From the sequence record OZ287723.1: 32,000 bases of DNA. One strand, given 5' to 3'. Positions 25,851 through 32,000 of the stretch are shown in pieces; the stretch's first letter is position 1, and each line of letters begins with the position of its first letter. The position numbers and the translations under genes were made by a program. Under the pieces are notes generated by a model. The model saw nothing but the letters and a program-made list of their open reading frames with translations, ran no database searches and had not been told where the DNA came from.

Positions 25851-26147
25851 TTAACCAAAAAGAATTTTTCCTCTGTATTTTCGTAAATAAAATAATTTTG
25901 AACGATTACTTGGATTTATTTTTAAAATTTTTAAACTTTGGATTTGTGGACTATTCCAAGCAAAAAAGCGTTCTACACTATATAGTCCAGGTTTCCGAAG
26001 AACAATATTTTTATTCGAAAACGAACCTCGAATAGCTATAACAATACCTTCAAAAAATTGAATACGTTTCTTCTCACCTTCTTGGAAACAAAAACCTACT
26101 TGAATAAAATCTCCGACTGAAAATCCTAATTTTTGTTTATTATTCAT
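25851..26147 (-). CDS. rpl19: Ribosomal protein L19 (98 aa)
   Basis: F.VGD.I.V......G.K.RIQ.FEG.VIA.RG......I.LRK....Y.VER.F...SP.I.S..I..... ..R.KL.YLR fits the bL19 pattern. Confidence 0.9.
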   Translation of the reverse strand: MNNKQKLGFSVGDFIQVGFCFQEGEKKRIQFFEGIVIAIRGSFSNKNIVLRKPGLYSVERFFAWNSPQIQSLKILKINPSNRSKLFYLRKYRGKILFG

Positions 26148-26200
26148 ATTTTAAACAATATAGCTCACTTTAACAAAAATATAAAGTGAGCTATCAAAAA

Positions 26201-27157
26201 TTAATCAAGAATTTCGGAAACAATACCAGCACCAACAGTACGGCCACCTTCGCGAATAGCAAAACGCATTCCATTTTCAATTGCAATCGGTTGAATAAGT
26301 TCAACGATTATTTGAACTCTATCACCCGGCATAACCATACGCATTTTACTATTATCATCAGTTTGAAAAGATTCAATTTTACCTGTAACATCTGTCGTTC
26401 GGACATAAAATTGTGGTCTATAACCAGCAACAAAAGAAGTATGACGGCCTCCTTCACTTTTTTTTAAAATATAAACTTGCGCCTTAAATTTAAGATGAGG
26501 TGTTATTGAACCTGGTTTAGCTAAAACCATACCTCGTTCAACTTCATTTTTTTGTACCCCCCTTAACAAAACGCCAACATTATCTCCAGCAACACTTTCA
26601 TCTAAGGTTTTTTGAAACATTTCAAGTCCGATAACAGTTGTTTCTTTCGTATTTTTAAGTCCAATAATTTCAACAGATTCTCCTACTTTAATTTGTCCAC
26701 GTTCCACACGACCTGTAGCAACTGTTCCACGGCCTGTAATTGATACTATATTTTCAATGGCCATTAAAAAATCTTTTTCAATATTTCTTTGGGGCAGTGG
26801 GATTGCTTCATCAACACAATCCATTAACGCATGAATGCGGTCAACCCACTCATTATCACCGCGTTGAATTTGGGGGTTCGTTGTAAGTGCTTCTACAGCT
26901 TCTAAAGCAGATCCTTTAATGATTAATATAGAATCTCCGGGAAAATCATAACGATCTAATGTTTCTCGAATTTCTAATTCGACAAGTTCTAACAATTCTA
27001 CATCATCAACTTGATCAATTTTATTTAAAAAAACAACAATAGCCGGAACTCCAACTTGTTGAGCTAATAAAATATGTTCTTTAGTTTGAGGCATTGGACC
27101 ATCAGCCCCGGAAACCACTAAAATAGCGCCATCCATTTGAGCGGCACCCGTAATCAT
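26201..27157 (-). CDS. tufA: Elongation factor Tu, exon 2 (codons 92-409 plus stop)
   Basis: It begins ATG ATT ACG GGT.. ([32 protein letters not shown]..) immediately after the intron 3' end ..ctactttcat. It continues as full-length EF-Tu domains I-III to ..[15 protein letters not shown]. The seven extra N-terminal residues in the track ORF (MLNPYFH) are intron sequence. Confidence 0.95.
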   Translation of the reverse strand: MITGAAQMDGAILVVSGADGPMPQTKEHILLAQQVGVPAIVVFLNKIDQVDDVELLELVELEIRETLDRYDFPGDSILIIKGSALEAVEALTTNPQIQRGDNEWVDRIHALMDCVDEAIPLPQRNIEKDFLMAIENIVSITGRGTVATGRVERGQIKVGESVEIIGLKNTKETTVIGLEMFQKTLDESVAGDNVGVLLRGVQKNEVERGMVLAKPGSITPHLKFKAQVYILKKSEGGRHTSFVAGYRPQFYVRTTDVTGKIESFQTDDNSKMRMVMPGDRVQIIVELIQPIAIENGMRFAIREGGRTVGAGIVSEILD

Positions 27158-28972
27158 ATGAAAGTAGGGATTCAACAATTCCCTCTTCTACCTAACCGTA
27201 CACGATAATTTCTTATCATACGGCTATTTGTATCTTTCGAAAATTGGTTGTTAATTCTTTAATTGAAGGAAAAGAGATTTTTTGATTTGTGAATTTATTT
27301 ATAGTTAAATCTTTATCATATTTGTGAAAAATTTGTTTCATTGTCCGTTGTTTATACTTCATACATAATGTTTTTACACAAGATGTTTTAATAATATAAT
27401 AAATCCAATATAATTGTTTTCGAGTATTTAGATGAAAATAATAATAATTAAAAATTTTTTGAAGAAATTTATTATAAAATAAAACAATTTGAAAATCGGA
27501 AAATTTTATCCATATATTTTTTTGCAAAGATTTATTTTTGTATAAAAAGTCATGATTCTTTAGGTGATTCTTTATTTTATTTTTATCTACAGTTATTCTT
27601 AATTTATGTTTTCGAAAATATAAAATAAATCCTAAAAAATATATACTTTGTTTTTTAAATTTTTTAATGAAAATTTTTTGAGGTTTTATTTGTAATTTCG
27701 TTATTAGCCAAGTTTTGATTTTATTTCGAATTAAAACCATAAACGTATAAGTTCCATATAAAATAATAATAAATTCATTTATATATCGAATATAAAATAT
27801 TTTTTTATATTGTTGTTGAAATTTTTGAATTTCTTTTTTGATATACAAGTCAAATTTCGAAAGATAAATACTAAATAAGATTGAAATATATGCTTTCGAA
27901 ACAAATTTTTGATTGTAAAATTGTGAAATGAGACTAATAAACTTTTTATCTTTAATATTTTGTTTTAGATATTTTAAAACAAAATGAATTTTTAAGTCAT
28001 AAGAATTCAATTTCACTTCAAGACCAAAATTCCAATTTGAATAGGATAGTTTTATTTTTTGTAAAACATCATGAGGGGTATTTTGAAAATTATAAATTTT
28101 ATTTAAAATTAGTCGCAAACATTCTTGAACAATTAAATCATCAAAACAAACTTTTTTTCTCAAAAATATTGGTTTATAAATCTGATTTTTTAAGGAATCG
28201 TGTAAATTGATTAATTGTACTAAAGAATAACTTTCAATAGATTGTGAAATAATTTTGGAACAAAAATCAAATTTTTTCGAATTTCGAAATATTATTAAAA
28301 AACCAAAAAAAAGTATTTGTGGATAAGTGATTTGTTGAAAAAGACTATTGAAAAAATATTTTTTCGAACAATTTACTACAATACATTTATTTTTTAAGAT
28401 TGGTTGAATATATTCAACTAGCCAAAATTTTTCACGATTGGTTAATGTTAAATTTTTAACAAGATCTCGAGAAGTCTTATTTAAAATAAATTTTAATTTC
28501 ATTATCTCATAGGTTTGATTGAATAACTAACCGAAAAAGATACAGTGCTTTTTATTATTTGGAAAAAACCAATTTTTTAGCCTTCTTCTCGCATACTTAA
28601 TTAGTTTAGCGAGTATATAAAAGTCTTCGAATACATATTCTTATTCTTATCTAATATAAGGAGTTTGTCCGTTTAAACCCATTGAGATATCCTGTTAAAG
28701 TTCATAAAAATATAATGAACCTTATATCTAAACCTATTTCGTTGACATCTACACTATTTATTTTAGTATTTAGATTTTCTACGTTTTAAAACAGAAAGAT
28801 ACAACTATTAGAAGATAGTTTTCTTATCCTATAATTAGATACTTTTTCGACTCCATGCTCTGTTTCCCTTACACTTTCGTGAAAAAATCGTTTTAATTTT
28901 TAGGTAAGAAGTGAAAATTTAATATATACAGGAAATATTATGAGTATATGAATTCTAATGCTTTTATCGCAC
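27158..28972 (-). mobile_element. Group II intron in tufA (1815 nt) with an intron-encoded maturase ORF
   Basis: The 5' end is GTGCGATAAAAGC, matching the GUGYG consensus. Domain V is tagccgtat-gataa-GAAA-ttatc-gt-gtacggtta (27193-27226), with the AGC triad, a GAAA tetraloop and a 2-nt bulge. Domain VI is gaagaggga..tccctActtt, with a bulged A at 27165, 8 nt from the 3' end. The intron ends AT. Exon ligation restores ..[11 protein letters not shown]|[10 protein letters not shown].. in phase 0. Confidence 0.9.
27216..28502 (-). CDS. Group II intron maturase-like protein (428 aa), RT domain degenerate
   Basis: FYIRYINEFIIILYG occupies the position of the RT-5 block vRYADDfvig, with YINE in place of YADD. 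IYFLGFILYF resembles RT-7 (FLGf). The X/maturase region is IVLFYNKFLQKIFNYYYF ... LYWIYYIIKTSCVKTLCMKYKQRTMKQIFHKY, matching the organellar pattern ..N..irG..nYY.... l.yil..Sc.kTLA.KhK.......kky. No HNH/En domain is visible. Confidence 0.8.
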   Translation of the reverse strand: MKLKFILNKTSRDLVKNLTLTNREKFWLVEYIQPILKNKCIVVNCSKKYFFNSLFQQITYPQILFFGFLIIFRNSKKFDFCSKIISQSIESYSLVQLINLHDSLKNQIYKPIFLRKKVCFDDLIVQECLRLILNKIYNFQNTPHDVLQKIKLSYSNWNFGLEVKLNSYDLKIHFVLKYLKQNIKDKKFISLISQFYNQKFVSKAYISILFSIYLSKFDLYIKKEIQKFQQQYKKIFYIRYINEFIIILYGTYTFMVLIRNKIKTWLITKLQIKPQKIFIKKFKKQSIYFLGFILYFRKHKLRITVDKNKIKNHLKNHDFLYKNKSLQKNIWIKFSDFQIVLFYNKFLQKIFNYYYFHLNTRKQLYWIYYIIKTSCVKTLCMKYKQRTMKQIFHKYDKDLTINKFTNQKISFPSIKELTTNFRKIQIAV

Positions 28973-29245
28973 ATTTTTGACGTAATCTGCGTGTCCCGGA
29001 CAATCTACATGAGCATAATGACGCTTTTCAGTTTCATATTCTACATGAGCAGTATTTATTGTAATACCGCGAGCTTTTTCTTCTGGAGCAGAATCTATAT
29101 CGTTATAACTCTTTGCTTTTGCTGCTCCCGAAGCTGCTAATGTCATTGTAATAGCTGCAGTTAATGTAGTTTTACCGTGATCGACATGTCCAATTGTACC
29201 TATATTGACATGTGGTTTTGTTCGTTCAAATTTTTCTCTTGCCAT
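28973..29245 (-). CDS. tufA: Elongation factor Tu, exon 1 (codons 1-91)
   Basis: [32 protein letters not shown]...[33 protein letters not shown] ends exactly where GTGCG begins at 28972 on the minus strand. The last two residues of the track ORF (VR) are intron read-through. Confidence 0.95.
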
Positions 29246-29337
29246 AAAATATAAGATATAAGATATAAAAAAATGTATAAATTCACGAATTAAAGTTCTA
29301 TAATTGACAACGACATGGTAAATTGAATTTTAAATTT

Positions 29338-29410
29338 AGCCTGCTACCGGAATTGAACCGATAACCCTCGGTTTACAAGACCGATGCTCTACCAATTGAG
29401 CTAAGCAGGC
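29338..29410 (-). tRNA. trnT: tRNA-Thr (UGU)
   Basis: The reverse complement is GCCTGCTTAGCTCAATTGGTAGAGCATCGGTCTTGTAAACCGAGGGTTATCGGTTCAATTCCGGTAGCAGGCT. It has acceptor gcctgct/agcaggc and anticodon loop cuUGUaa. Confidence 0.92.
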
Positions 29411-29480
29411 CTTTTTTTTTTTTCAACGAATTTTGTCTTGAGAAACAAATTTTTCTAAAATGAAAATGAATTAAAGAATT

Positions 29481-29552
29481 TGGGATATCGCCAAGTGGTA
29501 AGGCTGTGGGTTTTGGTCCCGCTATTCGGAGGTTCGAATCCTTCTATCCCAG
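29481..29552 (+). tRNA. trnQ: tRNA-Gln (UUG)
   Basis: The sequence is TGGGATATCGCCAAGTGGTAAGGCTGTGGGTTTTGGTCCCGCTATTCGGAGGTTCGAATCCTTCTATCCCAG. It has acceptor tgggata/tatccca and anticodon loop uuUUGgu. Confidence 0.92.
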
Positions 29553-29559
29553 AATTTTC

Positions 29560-29644
29560 GCCTTGATGGTGGAATGGTAGACACAATTGATTCAAAATCA
29601 ATCACTTTATTTTAAGTATGGAGGTTCAAATCCTCTTCAAGGCA
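29560..29644 (+). tRNA. trnL: tRNA-Leu (CAA), long variable arm
   Basis: The sequence is GCCTTGATGGTGGAATGGTAGACACAATTGATTCAAAATCAATCACTTTATTTTAAGTATGGAGGTTCAAATCCTCTTCAAGGCA. It has acceptor gccttga/tcaaggc and anticodon loop uuCAAaa. Confidence 0.92.
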
Positions 29645-29646
29645 TG

Positions 29647-29720
29647 GCCAGGATAGCTCAGTTGGTTAGAGTAATGGTCTGAAAAACCATTGGCCGCCAG
29701 TTCAAATCTGGTTCCTGGCA
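29647..29720 (+). tRNA. trnF: tRNA-Phe (GAA)
   Basis: The sequence is GCCAGGATAGCTCAGTTGGTTAGAGTAATGGTCTGAAAAACCATTGGCCGCCAGTTCAAATCTGGTTCCTGGCA. It has acceptor gccagga/tcctggc and anticodon loop cuGAAaa. Confidence 0.92.
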
Positions 29721-29724
29721 GCTA

Positions 29725-29805
29725 GCTCTTGTGGCGAAATAGGTAGACGTATTAGTTTTAGAAGCTAATGTCTTTGACGTATGGGTTCGAGTCCCATCGA
29801 GAGCA
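29725..29805 (+). tRNA. trnL: tRNA-Leu (UAG), long variable arm
   Basis: The sequence is GCTCTTGTGGCGAAATAGGTAGACGTATTAGTTTTAGAAGCTAATGTCTTTGACGTATGGGTTCGAGTCCCATCGAGAGCA. It has acceptor gctcttg/cgagagc, anticodon stem ttagt/gctaa and loop uuUAGaa. Confidence 0.9.
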
Positions 29806-29832
29806 TAATATTACATAAAAATTAATCACAAA

Positions 29833-29905
29833 AACCCCCGGGGGAATTCGAATCCCCGTTTCCTCCGTGAAAGGGAGATGTCCTTGGCCTCTAGACGACG
29901 GGGGC
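29833..29905 (-). tRNA. trnE: tRNA-Glu (UUC)
   Basis: The reverse complement is GCCCCCGTCGTCTAGAGGCCAAGGACATCTCCCTTTCACGGAGGAAACGGGGATTCGAATTCCCCCGGGGGTT. The anticodon loop is uuUUCac, and the sequence closely resembles plastid trnE. Confidence 0.92.
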
Positions 29906-29969
29906 AGCAGCGTAACTAATATTAAGAAGCTACGCATATAGCATATATATAATAAATATTTTTTTTATG

Positions 29970-31097
29970 TCAAGAATAATCGTACAATCGGTTCAATGCT
30001 TGAAACATTTTGTTATTAAATTTGATTAATTTTTTTTCTTTTCGTTCATATATTGATAGATTTTGTTTATTTTTTATTTTGTTAAATACCTTTTCTGTAT
30101 TTTTATAAAGTGCGAGCAACTCATTTTTAGAAAAATGAGCTTTGGCATCTTTACTTATAGCATTCCGATAAGTTTTTTTTTTTTTTAATTTCCGACGAAA
30201 TTTTTCTTCACTTAAAAAATCTGATGATTTTAAAATTCCTAGAGGAATTTTACCTTTGCGTCTCAATCTCAAAGGTGCTTCATGAAATAAACGTATTGTT
30301 TCAAAAATAGCAACTTTTAAAAAGTCACGAGGAACAATTAAATCTATTAAACCATGATCTACTAAATATTCGGAAGTTTGAAAATTTTCAGGTAAATCTT
30401 CTTGTAAAGTTTGTTTAATAACACGACGTCCAGCAAAACCAATTAAAGCATTAGGTTCTGCGTAAATTATATCCCCAAGCATAGCAAAACTAGCCAGAAC
30501 ACCACCTGTTGTAGGTGAGGTCAAAATTGAAATATACAGTAAATTAGCCTTATTTTGATGAATATTTAGCGCAGCCGAAATTTTTGCCATTTGCATTAAG
30601 CTAAAAACTCCTTCATGTATACGAGCCCCACCTGAAGCGCAAATGATAACTAATGCTAAGCCCTGGTGGGTAGCATATTCGATTAATCGAGTAAATTTTT
30701 CTCCAACAACAGAACCCATACTACCTCCCATAAAATTAAAATCCATAATACCAAGTGCAATAGGTATACCGTCAAGTATACCAGTGCCTGTTATAACAGC
30801 TTCTTGAAAATTGTTTTCAAGTTGTGCATCGTTTAAACGCGATAAATAACTTCTTTTATCAGAAAAGTTCAACGGATCAATAGAAGATAAAGTTTCATCG
30901 AAAGGTTGCCATGTTCCGGGATCGATTAAATATTCTAAACGTTCACGACCATTCATTAGTAAATGAGTATCACAAGACGAACAAACAAAATAATTTTTTT
31001 TTAAATGTTTAATATAAAGGATAGCTCCACAGTTATGACAACGCGTCCATAAACCACGTTCATCGATAGGTGAGTTCAGCCATGATAAAATAGCCAT
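29970..31097 (-). CDS. accD: Acetyl-CoA carboxylase carboxyltransferase beta subunit (375 aa) with a Lys-rich C-terminal tail
   Basis: The zinc-ribbon is CHNCGAILYIKHLKKNYFVCSSCDTH. Carboxyltransferase blocks are MDFNFMGGSMGSVVGEK, ASGGAR..EG..SLMQMAK and PTTGGV.ASFA.LGD...AEP.ALIGFAGRRVI. Confidence 0.93.
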   Translation of the reverse strand: MAILSWLNSPIDERGLWTRCHNCGAILYIKHLKKNYFVCSSCDTHLLMNGRERLEYLIDPGTWQPFDETLSSIDPLNFSDKRSYLSRLNDAQLENNFQEAVITGTGILDGIPIALGIMDFNFMGGSMGSVVGEKFTRLIEYATHQGLALVIICASGGARIHEGVFSLMQMAKISAALNIHQNKANLLYISILTSPTTGGVLASFAMLGDIIYAEPNALIGFAGRRVIKQTLQEDLPENFQTSEYLVDHGLIDLIVPRDFLKVAIFETIRLFHEAPLRLRRKGKIPLGILKSSDFLSEEKFRRKLKKKKTYRNAISKDAKAHFSKNELLALYKNTEKVFNKIKNKQNLSIYERKEKKLIKFNNKMFQALNRLYDYS

Positions 31098-31126
31098 AAT
31101 TTTATTTATTTATTTTATTTATTTAT

Positions 31127-31639
31127 TTATTTTTTGAGTGTAAATCTTTTATTTTTTAATTTTTTATTTTTTAATTTTTTAGTTTTTTTTTTTTTTGTTT
31201 TTATAAAACGATTTGCATCAGCTATACGTTGAACTTCTTCTTTTTTACGAAAAGCATTTCCAACTTTTTTCGATGCATCAATGAATTCATTTGCTAAATT
31301 TATAGCAAAAGTATTTCCTGATCTTTTTTTTGCCGAACCTAATATCCAACTAATTCCACGAGAAATTCCACGATTTAAGTCAAGTTCAACAGGAATCGGA
31401 AAAACAGAACTACCGCGACGACGTGTTTGTAATTTAACGGATGGGGTTGTATTACTAATCGCCTTTTCAATAATCAAAAGAGGATCTTTTTCTGTTTTAT
31501 TTTGAATATTTACTAAACTTTTTTGAAGAATACGATGTGCCAATTTTTTCTTCCCATGCCGCATAATTCGTTGACTTATAAGAAATAAGTAATCCGAATT
31601 ATTACATTTGTATTTATTTATATATTTAGTACGTGACAT
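31127..31639 (-). CDS. rps7: Ribosomal protein S7 (170 aa) with a Lys-rich C-terminal extension
   Basis: MRHGKK.LA..I......I....EKDPL.I.EKAI.N..P.V.L..RR.GGS....P.E and the later A.NAFRKKEE..R.A.ANR blocks are typical of uS7. Confidence 0.92.
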   Translation of the reverse strand: MSRTKYINKYKCNNSDYLFLISQRIMRHGKKKLAHRILQKSLVNIQNKTEKDPLLIIEKAISNTTPSVKLQTRRRGSSVFPIPVELDLNRGISRGISWILGSAKKRSGNTFAINLANEFIDASKKVGNAFRKKEEVQRIADANRFIKTKKKKTKKLKNKKLKNKRFTLKK

Positions 31640-31649
31640 AGATAATATC

Positions 31650-32000
31650 TTAAGTTAGTTTAGTTTCTTTTTTTTTTACACCATATTTTGATCTACCTTG
31701 ATGTCGATAGCGAACGCTAGCAGTATCTAAAGTTCCACGAATAATTCTATAACGCACACCGGGTAAATCTTTAACGCGACCACCCCGAATTAAAACAATT
31801 GCATGTTCTTGCAAATTATGACCAATGCCCGGTATAGAAGCAGTAACTTCAAAACCAGAAGTTAAACGAACTCTAGCAACTTTACGAATTGCCGAATTAG
31901 GTTTTTTTGGCGTTATAGTAAAAACACGTATACAAACTCCACGACGTTGTGGACAAGACTTCAAAGCAAGAGATTTTATTCTTTTCGACGATTTTTTTCG
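31650..32000 (-). CDS. rps12: Ribosomal protein S12, 5'-truncated by the window edge
   Basis: The frame stays open to nt 32000 (..[87 protein letters not shown]). The track 'M' at 31964 is an internal TTG (Leu), and the true N-terminus lies outside the window. Confidence 0.93.
   Translation of the reverse strand, partial: RKKSSKRIKSLALKSCPQRRGVCIRVFTITPKKPNSAIRKVARVRLTSGFEVTASIPGIGHNLQEHAIVLIRGGRVKDLPGVRYRIIRGTLDTASVRYRHQGRSKYGVKKKETKLT

Noticed and set aside
26186-26467. A plus-strand 93-aa ORF antisense to tufA exon 2. The same applies to 28958-29140, antisense to tufA exon 1, and 31281-31505, antisense to rps7.
   Set aside because: These are antisense to strongly conserved genes with low stop-codon content, and no family resemblance is seen.
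26201-29245. Reading the two EF-Tu ORFs as a duplicated or fragmented tufA pseudogene pair.
   Set aside because: The fragments are non-overlapping, together give exactly 409 codons, and are separated by a canonical group II intron with precise GTGCG...AT boundaries.

Overview
This window is a compact, very AT-rich plastid (chloroplast) genome fragment from a green alga. The gene set (tufA, ftsH, accD, cemA, psaM, rpl19, rpl32, and expanded rpoC1/rpoC2) fits a core chlorophyte. An ulvophyte or Bryopsidales-like origin is only my guess. On the plus strand I see cemA (5'-truncated), trnfM, psbN, psaM, a giant ftsH/ycf2-like gene, psbM and a block of four tRNAs. On the minus strand I see trnS-trnY-trnL(UAA, group I intron)-rrf-rrl. 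Further along that strand come a free-standing RT/maturase-like ORF, psbZ, psaB, rpoC2, rpoC1, rps9, trnM, trnL(GAG), rpl32, rpl19, split tufA, trnT, trnE, accD, rps7 and rps12 (5'-truncated). Several small genes missing from the ORF track were found by eye: psaM, psbM, rpl32, psbN and psbZ true starts, and 13 tRNAs. The unusual content is intron and mobile-element biology. The 23S gene carries four group I introns in domain V, two of them separated by a roughly 12-nt exon. One of these encodes a LAGLIDADG protein with both catalytic Asp positions changed to Asn. tufA is split by a structurally intact group II intron that encodes an RT-dead maturase. A second, unrelated RT-dead maturase-like ORF stands alone with no intron RNA around it. 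Also notable are an FtsH homologue lacking HEXXH with a roughly 1,400-aa inter-TM expansion, and in-frame tandem repeats in rpoC1. I see no evidence for a prokaryote-type defence or other novel multi-gene system. Novelty of any item cannot be established without database searches.
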